A DNA stretch of 64,000 bases. Origin: Cetorhinus maximus. Its lineage: Eukaryota. The position numbers and the translations under genes were made by a program. Location of the stretch: positions 65,720,001 to 65,784,000 of the forward strand of contig NC_135898.1 of NCBI RefSeq assembly GCF_964194155.1. The letters run 5' to 3'. The notes beneath the pieces were generated by a model. The model did no database searches, was not told the DNA's origin, and worked only from the letters and a program-made list of their open reading frames with translations. Positions 1 through 14,119 of this stretch are shown piece by piece. Position 1 is the stretch's first letter. Each line of letters opens with the position of its first letter.

Positions 1-2499
1 TTCTGGAGCTTGGGAGTCTCTGCCTGGTAAGTAATGTTTCAAGCTTACAACTCTTGCCATGGATTTCTTCCACATTACCCATTGATCTTAGAGATTTCAA
101 TTTAATCTGCTGGGAGCATTACAACATGATTGTACTTAAACGTGAGGTTTGAGGGTATTTAGTCAGGTTCAGATATTTCAGCTCAATGTATATTTATCCA
201 CCTTTGTTCTGTAGTAGAAATTCACTATTGCTAACCTTATTGTTTTTCACATTCATATTCCATTTTCATTCAAATTTAGGGATTTTTCAGCCTTTCCATT
301 TACGGAGGACTTTTTCATAGTTTTGTCTAGCTCTCTGTCTTGCTTGCTGTTTCTTAATCATACGTTCTGAATTTTCTCTCGTGTTGACTGGTGACCTGTT
401 TGATATTCTCTTACTTCACTTTGCCTGGATTGTGCTGAGATGAGTAGAAATCAAAAATGTTCAGAATAAGAAAGAAAATAATAGATTCTCAGGTGTGAAA
501 TTCTTGATCTATCATCTTGTATAGTCTCCCTGAATATTGTGCTTCATTAGCATAATTGAAGAAAAATACAGGAATAGCTTGCGTACCTCCAACTTCAATT
601 TTCTATGCAAACAGGCATTGTAGTGTTCTAGATAATTGCTGTTTTTAATGCCGTGTAGCTGGATAATAATATTTGACATGGCACAGAATTTTGTATTAAT
701 AGTGATTTGGAATTTAGAAATAGATAGCTGGAGTACTCTTTATGTTTATGCACAGTATGCAGAACTAAGTTTTTTTCCACAAATGATTGCATCAGATAAA
801 AAAGGCTTTATTTTAGCTGCAATGACAGCTCTTTATAAAATTCTATTTCCATAATAGGTAATTGAAATTAATAGTTTGATGTAGCAGCTGCTCAAGTTAC
901 CAACAAAGGAACACTTTGATCTATACTAAATTTTTTAGGCACCAAACTTTAAAGCATACTTGTAAAGCATAGTGTTACAAACTACATTCAGATAAGATGC
1001 TTTTGGCTGACTGATCAATTTGTTTTTCAGCTTTGTCTTGCAGGATGTTTATACTTGATTTTTTTAATTTTTAAAATTCAATTGCTACAAATTACTGATT
1101 TGCATTACAGGTGTTGGCTTCAGAGGCACAATATTGTTTATGTCTGTAGATATAGTATGACCCTCATATAGAAATTGGTGGGTTCTGTGTTTAATGCATC
1201 CTCTACTTAATTTGAAGTTCCCTGTTGCATCATGAAATCTGGGTATCACCAGTGCTGCTGATAAATTGCAAATATGACAGTTATTTAAAATGGGTTTGTA
1301 GCAGCATTGGGAAACCAACCTGGTGCTGAATCTGCCATCAAAAGCTGGCAGCAATCAGCATTGTGCCAGAAGAGGCACAAGTAAGTTTGTTTTAACCTTG
1401 GTGAGGTCTGCTTCCTGACCGATTTTCAACTTCCACTTGCGGGTTCTGATTTCATTCCCTCTGGCTTTGGTGGGCAACAGTACAGACTCACTTAAATAAG
1501 GCCCAAGAGTTAAAATAACCAGGACTTTGCGCTGAGCTCACCGCAGAGGTTTTTCTGCTGCTCTGCACCCTGTCCATTCTGAACTCTCCCAGAGGTAAGA
1601 TCAGTCATGAAGAGTTGGGCAAGATACTGGAAAGGAAAGGCAAAAAAAGAGACTGAAAAAAGAAATGCATGAGCAAAAAAAGCACAGCAGGGAACAGGAA
1701 AGTGAGAAAATAACAGACTTGGTTGCATGATACAGGTCGGGAAAACAGATCAAAAATTGATAGAAATGCTTTCACTTGGGATGTTTGCTGGCCTGTGCAT
1801 ATACAGAACAATGCACAAATAATCAAAATGAAAATGCAACCTTTTTTTTAAAATTTCATGCTTTATGAGATTTTTTTTTTAACCGGGATCTAAAGATGGG
1901 TCTGGTTCAATGGCTTGTGTGAAAATACTGATTTGTACTGATGGACAACTGAAATTTGACATAGTAGGTTGGTTGTGTTGTTTTCTTAGCATAATTTATT
2001 TGCCACAGCAGTTCAAAAGATCGCAGAATGTTATGCGCAAATTGCGTTAGAGTTGCCTTGATCTTTTGTACAACTTTATAAATGTTGTGCTAGAAGCTAC
2101 ATCTGCCCACAAAATTGGCCACATCCCTTGATCAAATTAGTCACCATTCCGAGTTTCCACGAGTTGCATCTGTTTACAGACCTTTGAAGAGGCTCTTAAA
2201 ATTAAGCTGGTCCTTTTGGATGCTAATTGTTTGTTTACACCATGGCCTTAGTGGGGCTATTAGCATCATCTTGCTCCTTTTCTGGCTTTCTCCAAGCCTC
2301 CCTCAGCCCATATCTCAATGTCATTCACCAATCTGATTTTATTTTTTCCTCTTCTGTTTTTACCCTCAGTTTCTCCTTCAATTGTTGCCAGGACATGGCT
2401 GTCAGTTCTTTGTTTCCAATGTCCAATATTTGTCTACCTTTCTCTCTCTAACTGTACTTACTAACCCTTTTGATTCCTCAACATCAGCTTCTGAGTTAG

Positions 2500-2810
2500 G
2501 ATGGGGGGGGGTGTTCAGCTCCTGAGCGAGGGGAGAAGTTCAACTTGGTGGGAATTGTTTAAACTGCAGGGCGTTTTTAAAAAAAAGAAAATCTACCTTT
2601 TCACAGGCGTTTTTTGCAGCAGCAATCAGGCCTCAAAGATCTGTCCACTAGGCCACATACCAATAGAAAAAAGCAAGGATTTAAGGGGGCCTCACAGCTG
2701 TTAGCATTCAGTCTGAGCTCCACTGCAGCCATTGCTGCTTCGGCACTCGCGACTCTGAAATCTCATCTCACGACCCCACCGGGGTCGCATCCACAGTTTA
2801 GGAAGCCCTG
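2500..2810. mobile_element. Truncated hAT/Charlie-like non-autonomous element (one end only)
   Basis: Ends ggggtcgc..ccacagtttaggaagccctg, resembling Charlie-type TIRs (CAGGGxTTCCxAAAC); opposite TIR not found. Confidence 0.4.
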
Positions 2811-4129
2811 CTCTCTACCTCTTCCTTTGTTCTGTCTATGAGTATGGTGTTGGCTACATGCCTGAGATTCCATCTGCTACAACCTTCTATGATAGAGCCA
2901 CATCTCTCAGGGCAACTCTTCCTGCACCATCCTCATTACCTTCTCTCCCACAGCATTGAAAAGCATGAGTGACAGAAGACACCCTGCCTGACTCTCTTCT
3001 CAAACTGGAATTGGTTTATAGTTGGGTGCTAATAGGAATATTGTAAAAGCTTTGGAATATAATTTCTTTTTAATGTACTGAGAAACTGGCTACTTGACAT
3101 CAATATAATTAGCAGATGGCTCTGCGTAGCTTTTGGAAGTCATTTTCAGCTTTTTAAAATCAGGTTACTCATGGGTGATGGACTAGACACTCTCATTTAA
3201 ATGTTTATGTTCTGTGATAAACCCATTTTCAACGGTATTAATTAAACTTCAGCAAGTGATCACTTTTAAATGTATCCAGGAATATTTATAAAGTAATTTT
3301 TTTACATTTTAAATTACATTATAATATGCTAATTCATTGCGAGGGTTCATGGCAGACTTTTGATAAATGCAAATGAGTTTGAGTGGAAAGTTGAGGAAAA
3401 GATGCTGCTCAAAATAGTGCAGTCCTGGATGCAAAATTCACTAAATATGCCCAAGGTGGAAATTACCCCATTGTACTTTGATACAGCAGAATACCTTGAC
3501 GGCAGCACTGTGATAATTTTCAAACAATAGTGACCTCATGCAGATTTGCACTACATTAACACTGTTGCTTGAATATGCATGCTTTGTTGTGTTTAATTAG
3601 ATTCCAGCAATAAGCTATTGAAGTGTTTATATGAAGTTTTAGTTTTGAATTGGTTGGAGCATATTATTTTGCTACCTATAGCCATTGAGTTACCTTTATT
3701 AATGGTTTTGTTATTGTGACAATTAATGTTTGCCATCCTTCTGTGTGATACTAAAGATGACAAGATGGGATTGTTGGCCAGGATGAATTCAGTCGTTTAC
3801 AGTAGTTTTCTTTTGAACTTTTTGATGAGGTCTGTATTAAAGTTTAATATTTTTTGTCATGAAGTCTGTATGGAGATCCTAAGGAGCATTAACTCACAGA
3901 TGTAATAGATTTATGTTTGCGTGATATTGACTTTTGTCATTTAACTTTGAAATAAAAACTTATTAGTTTGGTTCATATTTTGCACCATTGTGATGATAAT
4001 AATAGTCAAGCAATTGAATGGAATGTCACTCTTCCATTAAAATTTCCTACCACAAAGCTATATCTTGATTTAGGCATGTTTTTGATTTCCGTGACTATAT
4101 AGTTAAACTGTGTACTGTATTTTTTCCTT

Positions 4130-4600
4130 CCCTGATCTCATTTACCCTTTAGACCTCCCATCACTTACCTTTTATCACATTAATTTTTCTCCCAGCTTTT
4201 CTTGCACCCTTCCACCCTCTCTGTACTTGTCTCTTCCTTGAGATCCAAGTTCTGGTTTCTCAATCCAACACCTGACCATCAGTTTATTCTCCTGACCCCA
4301 TGTTTGGTTAATTTTTTTCCTTAAGCAATGTTAAAACTAGCATTACCCTTCTGCTCAAAAAACCACCTTCATCTGTAACTTTATTTTCACCTCTTAAGAT
4401 TCTTGCGCATGTTGCAACCTCCTAGCTCCATATCTCCAAAAATGCTCCCCTTGAGCACACCAAGACAATACTAACTAAAATCACAAATTACATTCTCTGT
4501 AACTATTATCATGGTGCACTGTGCCTCTTCATCTTCCTTAACCTTTCTGTTGTGCAAGACACTTTTAACCATACTTTTGGTCACTTTTCTAGACTGCCCT
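4130..4600 (+). mobile_element. Highly decayed L2-like LINE fragment
   Basis: Pyrimidine-rich; resembles the L2-like RT region at 35.5-36 kb. Confidence 0.4.
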
Positions 4601-5319
4601 ACCATGTCTCAGCATATCTTTTTAATTTTTCCTGCTAAAGCGCTTTAGATGTTTTTCTACAAGTGCTACAGAATGCAAGTAGTTGTCAATTAGATATAAA
4701 TATAACTTGTTTCCCACTGGTTCTATTGTGAGTAAGGAAGGAGATTGATTACTAAATAGTGCAAACTGTATAATTGCAGACTATTTTGTTTTGACTTTGT
4801 AATTTTGAAAAAAACATTTTAAACATTTTATTTTGTGAAACAATAATAATGTACGAAACAGATACATGTTTGGCTAATGTGTAGTTGTCATATAAACCAT
4901 ATAAAATGGACCATTATTGGCATACTTAGATATGACAGGAATGCCCTTCTAGTGGTATACTTTCTAATGTATTAAAGTAATCGCAGTAAATTAGTATCAT
5001 TATTAAAATAGATACTTTCTATACTAGTTCTTTATTAGGATGAGGGGAATGTTGGACTTTTGGGCAATGGTTTAAACTTCCAAGCCTTTAAGGCTGCATA
5101 TCATCTTATCACTACCCTGAGATGCGAAGCAATCTACCTATGTTAGGATCTGTAAATTTGTTACTTAATCAGTTATTAAAGGTGCATTATACATTGCTCC
5201 AGTTTGCTATGATGCAGCAGTAGGGAGCTGTAAATAGATAATTCAGTGTAATCTGAGTTGTGTTCAGTGAGAGATCCTTAGGGGGAGAGTTGGAGGAGGC
5301 AGTGGGCTGGAACCAATTA

Positions 5320-5545
5320 TAGAATCATAGAATAGTAGCATAGAAGGAACCCTGTGCTGGCCCTCTGAAGGAACAGTTCACCTAGTGCCTCTCTCTTTCC
5401 CCATATCCCTGCAATTTTTTCCTTTTCAGATAATGATCCAATTCCCTTATGAAAGCCTCAATTAACCCTGCCTCCACCACACTCTCAGGCAGTGCATTCC
5501 AGATCACAGCAACTCACTTCGTAAAAATAAATTCTTCCTATCACC
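5320..5545 (-). mobile_element. CR1 LINE 3' fragment
   Basis: agaatcatagaat tail and cctgcctccaccacactctcaggcagtgcattccag, the reverse complement of the CR1 ORF2 end. Confidence 0.7.
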
Positions 5546-7829
5546 ACCTCTTTTAATTTGTACCAGTCATCTTTGTTTCCTTTAAGAAATAGTTGTGGTA
5601 GACTTCCTTAATGCCCTTACCTTAGTTTTTCCTTAAGAAACACATAGTCCTATTCTTACAAACTTTCAATGCACAAAATAATTCATGCAATGTAGTGACC
5701 CTTAACCAGCTGATAGTAACAGGCACCATCGCAATTTCATGTTTGTAGTGAGGCTGAAGTATGGAATCTTAAACAAGAAAGAGGCACTTTGGTAAGTAGA
5801 AATTTAACGTGTACTTGGCTTTGTTAGTTATCAATCTCCAGACCTAATGTGGCTTCTGGTTGTAGATTTTTATATATTCATAGTTGAAAGACTTTCCAGT
5901 TGAGTATTGCTCATCATCTGCTATTCTTACATTATTTAATTCATAGAAATATTTGACCTGACAGACCATTTTCACAAGTGATGAGTCCCGAATAATTTTT
6001 TGTATATCTTTCTTTGTCCTTGCAAATGTTTCTGTTGCAGTGGTGATTCTTGTGGTAAATGTGCTTGTTACTAAGTGATTATATTGCACAATAGATGAGA
6101 GCTTGAGTAAGACCAGTTGAAATTTTCTTGAGTCTAGTTGCAACTCTCTTAGACCCAGAATGCAGATGCCTATTTGGGGCTGTTACAGATTTAGGTCTTT
6201 GCGATAGATATTGTCGTGGATCCAGTGTCACCAGTCTTTTATGCATCTTACATCCCTTACAATCTGGAATGCATCCGTTACTGCTCAAAATTTTGTTAAA
6301 AAATATCAGGGCCCAGTGACTGTAGCAGCAAATTTTTGGGCTTTATATCTGCTACTAAAATATTGCACACCTTGCCAAATGTGTTCTCTCTCTATGGGAA
6401 TTGGACTAAAAAACCCTCATCAAGACTGATACAGATTCAAACCAGCTACTGTTTGCTTTTTACATAAAATGCAATAATAAACAATATAATTTTCATAGTG
6501 ACAACAATCTACTTCCCTATGCTCTGTGATGAAAAATAATATGCAACTTGCTAGCTTCATAAATTTAGGCATACCCCCCCCCTAAGCTTGGAAGCGAGAT
6601 AGAAAATTTCTGCATGACTTAACTCTCAGATAGGAAATTTGGCCCACTGAACTACAAATTAAAGTTGATCTGCGATCACGAGGCTTCCTTCTGTTTTAAC
6701 AAAAACCTTTGCTATCTAAATTGAATGAAGCAACAATTGGCCTCTCAGGTAGCAGAGATACCTATGTTTTACCAATGACATAATATGCTTGAGAATATAC
6801 ATGGTGATCCTTTGCAGATTAATTATGTCTCCAAATTGCTATTATTAAGAGGTTCACACTGCTGCCATAATACCTATAAAACAAATGTTGCATGCAGCCA
6901 TGTAAATTAAGCTAATCTAACATTGTGGAAATATTATGAGCTTGAAACAAAAACAGCTCAGGCAAAATCCAGTCTATAATAAAATGAAAGAAAATATTGC
7001 ATTTATGTAGTGCCTTTGACTCCTCAGGATGTTGCAAGCACTTTATAGCCAATAATTTATTTTTGTAGGATAATTACTGTAACCATGTCGGTAAAACAAA
7101 TGGAGTTTCTGGAAAGGTGGCTGATAACCAATATAATGAATCGCAAAAGGCAGTGGATGTGGTGTGCATGTACTTGCAGGAAACCTTTGACAAAGTAACG
7201 TATTTGAGACTTGAAGAAATTTAAGGGGCATGAGAAGGGGCATGTGTACCTCAATAATTTAGACATAAGGTTTGAGGGACTGCCATCCAAATTTGCAGAC
7301 AACACTAAAATAGAAGTCATTGTAAATAATAAGTACTAAAAGAAACTGCAAGGAGATGATGGAATAGGCAAGAAAGTGATAGATCAAATTCAATGTTAAT
7401 AAATGTGAACTTTTTTTTAAAAAGAAGTAATATTTCTCTGTACGTAGAATTTACAGCAGAGAAACAGGCCATTTGGTCAACAGGTATTTATGTTCCCCAT
7501 AAGCCTCCTCTACCCTTATTTCATCTCCCCTTGAATTAATAATTTGAAGTAGAATTTAAATATGTCTACCAAGAAAATAGTTCACCATAATTTCTGGGGG
7601 AAACAAAAATTCTGTACTTATTAAATTGTGGTACAGAAATCTGACTACAGTGATCCACCCAGACATACAAGTTTAATACTTCGGGGAAAATTGAAGAGCA
7701 ATGTGGAAGAGCAGGGGGATTTTGGGGTTCAGAACCTTACGAGATCTTAAAAGCAGCAATTCAAGTGGATAAAGCAACAATGAAAAGCCAGGGAATACTG
7801 AGTTTTAGTGGCAAGAGGTTTGGAGTATG

Positions 7830-8466
7830 AAAAAGACTTGTGTTTATATAGTGCCTTTCATGACCATCAGCTGTCTCAAAGTGCTTTGCAGCTCGTGACC
7901 GACTTTTGAAATTTAGTCGCTGTTGTAATGTAGGAAACATAGCTAATTTGCACACATCAAGCTCCCACGAACAGCAGTGTGCTAATGACCAGATAATCTG
8001 TTTTTGTGATGTTACTTGAATCACAGAATTGTTACGGTGTAAAAGGAGACCATTCGGCCCATCGTGTCTGCAGCAATTCTCTGAGCATTTTAACTTAGTG
8101 CCAATCTCCTGCCTTTTCCCCGCAACCCTGCACAATGTTTCTATTTAAATAATCATCCAATGCCCTTTTGAATGCCTCAATTAAACCTGCCTCCACCATA
8201 CTCCCAGGCAGTTGGATAGATATTGGCCAGGACAATGGGGATAACATCTCAGCTCTTCTTTGAAGCTGTGCATTGGGATCCTTTGCAGCCACCTGAGAGG
8301 GCAGTTGGGGCCTCAATTTAATGTCTCATCCAAAAGATGGCGCATCTGACATTACAGCATACTATCACTAATGCATTGGAGAGTCAGCCTAGATTTGTGT
8401 GTTCAACACCTGGAGTGGGAGTTGAACCCAAAATCTTAGAGGCGTAAAATGCTACCAGCTGAGCCA
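7830..8466 (-). mobile_element. tRNA-headed Deu-domain SINE (SacSINE1/AmnSINE-like), interrupted
   Basis: Minus strand shows a tggctcag A box, gggttcaactcc B box, Deu core (gatgagacattaaattgaggcccc..ctcaggtgg..gatccc) and an L2-like tail. Confidence 0.75.
8018..8212 (-). mobile_element. CR1 3' fragment inserted in the Deu-SINE
   Basis: gaatcacagaat tail, ccattcggccc, cctgcctccaccata. Confidence 0.75.
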
Positions 8467-11009
8467 TGGTTGAGATGTAAAGGTATTCTATATATAAAAC
8501 CTTAGTAAGACTGCAGTTGGAGTACCATATCCCATTTTGGACTCCATAATGTAAGAAGAATTTAAGGCAATAGAAAAATGTACAGTGCAGCTTTACTAGG
8601 ATGCTGTCTGGTATGAGGAAAAACAAATATCAGAAGAACAGCTGTTTTAGAATGAGCAGATTATGGGGTGAATTGATGGAGCTGCTTTAATTATGAGCAG
8701 ATAGAAACAGACTTTCAATTTCTCATTAGGGAGCCTCAAACAGAGGAACATAGAAATATTACTATAAATGTAAGAAATTTAGGATTGAGAATATGAGAAA
8801 CTTTTATAGACAGAGGGTTGCAAGTCTGTGGAACTTACTATCAGAGTTGGTGATTGCAACAGATCACATCAGCATTTAGGAATAGATCAGATAGGTGGTT
8901 GAAGGTAAGGGGAATAAAAGAATATGAGAACAGGGCAGGCACATAGAATTATGACAACTGCCTGTAGGGAGGGATATACAATACCACTGACTGGTTGGGT
9001 TGAACAGCTTGTCCTCTGTCAGAATTACATAGGTAGAATCTACATGTAAGTTGTAGCAATCACTTTGTACACAAAGGAAAAAGCAATTAGGCACATCATG
9101 GGTTTAGTTAAAGGCTGCCTGAAATTAGCCTTTTTATTAACTTTTGCATGTGCTTATTCATCACAGTTGAACATTTTGGCAGTAATTTTGACTTTGTGAG
9201 GTAGTTTAAAAGGAATAATAGTAAATTGGCAGCCCATCTTACATCTCCTGATTTTTATTTCCATTGCTCCCTTTAGCTTTAAAGGGACAGGCAAGATTAA
9301 ATTTAGTTCTGCCTTAACAATAATAAATTGTACTGTGTGTGTATTCTTATAAAGGCATCTACCTCCAACTCACCTTAATCGCCATGATAGCAATTGCATG
9401 AATTAATTTTCATTGGACATTTAACTTCAATATAATAGAAAAAAATAGGAAGTACATGCATGTCAAAATCCAAAGACCCTAAAGGTAGATAATGACAAAT
9501 CAAATTTTACACAAGTCAGGACAAAATGGGGTCTAACTTATGTCACCTTGCCATGGATCAATACTCCAAGCTCTAATGCCACCTTACTAAACACTATAGA
9601 CTAGACTTGATCTTGATTCTTGTGTGTCATACCATGAATATTGTTTAAATCTAGATGAAATTGAGACATTATGCAGTAATTAAAACATCCAGCAATAAAG
9701 TGTAACAAGATCCTTTGCAGATTTCAAAGTGCTGAAGATATCAAACAAAAATGTACCATAGTTGTAAGGTGGATTTTACTAAATCTGGTTTATTTTCCCA
9801 CAAAACAAAATTAATTGAAAACTGAGAATGCAAATCAATAAAATTCTAATTTTAAATTATTTTTCTTATGCATCTGTGATGTAAGTGTGGCTGTGAAATG
9901 CGAGTTTTATTTCCATCAACTGAACAGCTTTCATGCACACAAGTCCATTTCAGAATGTTGAATTCTCATTATTAACTTGAACAGTTGGTTTATTTATTTA
10001 ACCTTATGTAAAAAGATAGAGCATAAACTTAAGGGGCCACTTGATATTAGGAGTTTATTTAAAAGTAATTATCCTGCAACTGTTTTAGTTTTTTCATCTC
10101 TCCACTTGTAATTACTTGCTTGGGCTGATACCTAAACATCTAAATGTTCATTGCCTGAGGCGGACCTTGAGTGACAAGAATCTTTTTGACATACTTGGGT
10201 TTCTCACTGCTGAGCCCAAATATATAGTCAACAGATATCCACAGACATGTACTTGCCAGGAAGGATTACTGAAAATTGATCAGGAGAAAAGTCCTAGTTG
10301 TTTTTTTAGCTCCTACATTGTTCCACAACTCTGTAATGTCACATGGCAACTTTAGTTGAGATTAGCTAATTCAGCATAAATTCGAGATCAAACCTGGGAA
10401 ATTGCTAGTTGCATAATTAGGTTTAATTTTCTATTGAGCTGTTTGGGTGATTTTCACTGCTGAAATGTAAACAATTGGCACCACTGCTCTTGGGGAGGAT
10501 TTTTGAGTTGAAAAGCCAGAAACTAATTGTATGTATCCTCAGTTGAAAGAGAGATTTCTATGTTCCATTTTCATGCAGTGTATTTTCAACATCTTTATTT
10601 GATGTACTTTTTAAATTAAAATTTCATCCTATGTTTGGCTGAGTTCTTTTCTATATTTAGAGTTTCAAATACCAATAAACACTTGTATGCTAGTTATGTA
10701 GAAGTACAGAATTAAATTCTACAATAATATTTTTCTGTAATTTAATTAGGTAAATTAAGCATTTTTTAATATGAATTTTCATTGTACATTTCCGTGGAAG
10801 TTAGTGAAAGGTGATTAGGTATTTTTGTGATGTTGTGTCATATTTCCATGTAATCTGCATCTTCAAGTAACAGAATTAGTTTTTGTATCGGTGGTGCATT
10901 GATAGCAAAGAAGTTGGCTTGGTAAAAACTGACTTGAAGTTTTAGACAAATCACAATTCTATGGATTGTGGATCCGTTGTCTTAAATAACATTGCATATT
11001 TTTTTAAGC

Positions 11010-11290
11010 AACAAGAGTAAGCCATTCACCCTCTCTGGCCTGCTCCACCATTCAGTTAGATCATGGCTGATTAGCATATCAACTTTACTTTCCTGCCTTT
11101 GCTCTATATCTCTTCGTAGCTTTACCTAACAAAAATAGATTTATCTCAGTCTACAAATGTCTCAGCATCTGCTGTCTTTGAGGTGTTGTTGGAAGGGGAG
11201 TGGGGGAGTTGCAAATTTCTACTACCATTTATACGAAAGGGTGCATCCTGATTTTGCTCCTTAATGGCTCTAATTTTAAGATTGTGTCTC
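11010..11290 (-). mobile_element. CR1 3' fragment
   Basis: gcctgctccaccattcagttagatcatggctgat 3'-end motif. Confidence 0.6.
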
Positions 11291-11770
11291 CTGGCATGAC
11301 CCCTATGGTGTTTCTCCTGTATTATATGGGTTAGAAGCTTGTCAGAGTCCCCAGACTAGTGCTACAGGTTCCAACCTGTGACTCATGTCTAGTGAGTGGA
11401 AGAAAAGATTATTGTGACTAATCAGGTAGTAACCCATCTATTCAGAAATTGGTGACAGCTTTTTTTTGTTAGGAAATGATAATTATATTGTTTGGCCTAT
11501 GGATACTGATCCTTTATTGATGCAACTTCAGAACAGAAACATGGTAAAAATTAGAAATCACACACTCCAGACCTCTTACTATCCATGAACTGTACCTCAG
11601 AAGTTCTCCATTTATTAAAAGGAATGGTGACAGTTAAGTTAGCTGATTATTAAAACAATAAAAAAGCCATAGTAGTTGGTTAAAAGTTTGACTGGTTGCA
11701 GTGGAATCTGAGATGCTGATAGAACTTGCTCTCCTGCTCTGTGACATCCATTGGAATTTGCATTTTATTG

Positions 11771-12759
11771 TGCCATGAAGAGATATTAATGTGCATAATG
11801 TCATTGGAAATTATTTTTAAATTGGACTTGTAGTAGGGCGTGTGTCTCTGTGTGTGTCTTAATTGGATTAAAGCCAGCTAGTCTGGGTGCTTTGATGTAT
11901 ATAGTTTGAGATGTTAATTAGATAAACGTAAGTTAAAAGGTAAAGTCAGTTTGCATTTATTGAATAAACCATTCAAAAGAATGGGTAAAATCTTGCACCT
12001 AACTAGAAGACACCAAGCAATGTCTTTTTTTTTAACAAAAGCAAAAAACTGCGGATGCTGGAAATCCAAAACAAAAACAAAAATACCTGGAAAAACTCAG
12101 CAGGTCTGGCAGCATCTGCGGAGAGGAACACAGTTAACGTTTCAAGTCCGCATGACTCTGTTGAAGAGTCATGCGGACTTGAAACGTTAACTGTGCTCCT
12201 CTTTTTCAGCTTACTAATAAAATTGGTGGAAAGAAAGGATTATTGTTAGGAGAGGTAAATTTAAAAAACCTAGCAGAACAATGGAAAATATACATTCAAA
12301 GAGAAAGCTAGGTATAAACAAAAAGGAGTTTTGTGTGTGCAGGGCAGAGGCGTGCAAGATCTAACCAGCCTGTAAACCAACAACTGTGGAAAGGAACCAA
12401 ATTGCAAGAGAACTCATTTTGAATTCGTAAGGTCACGTGCTTTGCCTGGTATCTGTTTAAAGTCTATGGGTTAGTGTTGCCTTGAAGATTTATCTGGGAG
12501 TGATTAATTTGGGGATTTGTTTAAAAGTTATTATGGTAGTAATTTGTAGACCTGTGTATGTGTGTAAATTTGTTGCTAAATTAATAAATGTTTAATTGAG
12601 TTTTATATTTCAAAAAAAGTCCTGAGGCTTAGTGGTTTTGTTCCTGAATTCAGAGCTGCATCTCAAACGTTGCAATTGAAAATATAGGTCATGACAGTTG
12701 TTTAAGTTTCCCTCTGGGATTGAAACAGCTCAGCCTTTACCAACTGTTGTATCACAACA
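11771..12759 (+). mobile_element. Solo LTR (Gypsy/ERV-like)
   Basis: TG...CA ends (tgccatga/tcacaaca), perfect 4-bp TSD ATTG at 11767-11770 and 12760-12763, internal AATAAA. Confidence 0.7.
12034..12202. mobile_element. Penelope-like inverted pseudo-LTR (palindromic) insertion
   Basis: 38-bp arms 12122-12159 and 12165-12202 (37/38 paired); same family as 49738-49928; degenerate hammerhead-like core. Confidence 0.65.
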
Positions 12760-14119
12760 ATTGTAATAGAGCCTTTATATCTGTCTTGATATCTTCCATA
12801 TCTGTCCTCATATAGGATTAGTGCAGGTAATGTAAGCGTATACAGAACTTCTTAATTATTTTGTTCTAATATAGTAGTTTTCTCTCCCCTCCATCCCATC
12901 CCAGAGCATTTTCTGAGAATGAACATTAAATTGGGCACACTTATGTTTAAGTCTGTTTGTGATACCCTGCAGCAATATAACTTGGCAATAATTATGTGAA
13001 AAACAATGTATTTTGTTGAATATGGAAATTTCAACTGTCTAGTTAACTCAAAATCAAAAATATAATTGTGTCCTAAATTTTGAATTTTGACGAAGACTTT
13101 TGATGGCAGATGAATTATTTGCATACTTTACACTAAATATAATTCCACGGAGGACCCACCAAATCATCTAATTTTTAAAGAAGCTTCCTGGTTCAATATT
13201 CCAGGCCTATGAGCACTACTATTTTGAGTCAAAGTATGCTTTTAATCCTTCAAACATCAAAAGTTGTCCTTCCAAAACCACATATTTTTTCTATGTAGGT
13301 CTCCTGTCTTGTTCAGAACAGATAATGAAACATTGCACCTAATCTGATCATTATTTAAACATCCATGGAGCAAGAAATCCAGAGAATGACTATAGCAACA
13401 TGATACAAACTATTTAATGATCTTGGCATGAAACAATATATAAAAAATTAGTTGGTAATTGAAAGGAAAAATAACATGTGTGTCACAAGAAAACACAATT
13501 TGACACTTATCTTCAATATTTTATCCGTGAAAGTACAATTATGTAACTATCTGCAATAAAACCGACTATTGCCAAGTGCTTGTACAGGAGAGCTATTTCT
13601 TGCAGCCTATTCTTCTGAACTCTGTCATATGTTCTCCTGTCCGCTTAAACCTTTCTATCCTCAAAGGCTGTCTCAATATTACCTGCCCTTCCTCCCAGAA
13701 TTAATTTCTCTTCTGGTTATGTTTGTACTTTTTTGGTCAGTTTTATTTCTCCTTTATATTTCAGCATGCTCTTTTTCATGGTCTCCTTCTCCCTTCAGTA
13801 TCTGCTTGCTGCTGAAAGAAGACTGGGTTGTGTGGGCAAGGCACGGGGAGTGGGACAAGGTGGGGGAGGACAGGTTGTGAGATGCAGAGAGATTGCAATA
13901 TGGAAGGACCAAAGATTCCAAAATCTTAGAAGCAAAATAGGTGGTAAAAGAGAAATCAAGGTCATGAGATCTGTAATGGGCATTGAGTCAGGCATTTTTT
14001 AAGTAGCATTTTGTAATACATCCCTTTCCTTTACAAATTTCCCAGTCATTTAGAGAAAAATTCCATCCCTTTTACAAATTCTTGAAATGCTACACAAATC
14101 AAAATCAAAATGGATGAAT

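Larger units (their letters stand above)
7095..9030 (+). mobile_element. Old CR1 ORF2 3' part, split by SINE and CR1 insertions
   Basis: Decayed motifs (KxFDKV, SKFADNTK, YKTLVRLQLEY) and a CR1-like 3' end near 9000. Confidence 0.7.

Noticed and set aside
1-32. Strong + strand donor CTG|GTAAGT as the end of a DOCK1 exon
   Set aside because: None of the three frames (FWSLGVSA, SGAWESLP, LELGSLCL) resembles the DOCK1 peptide I expect here (..ISMGRDSELI, from memory); too little sequence to call.
636-11700. Numerous 60-125 aa ORFs
   Set aside because: Mostly non-ATG starts, no recognisable domains, several overlap decayed repeats; consistent with chance.
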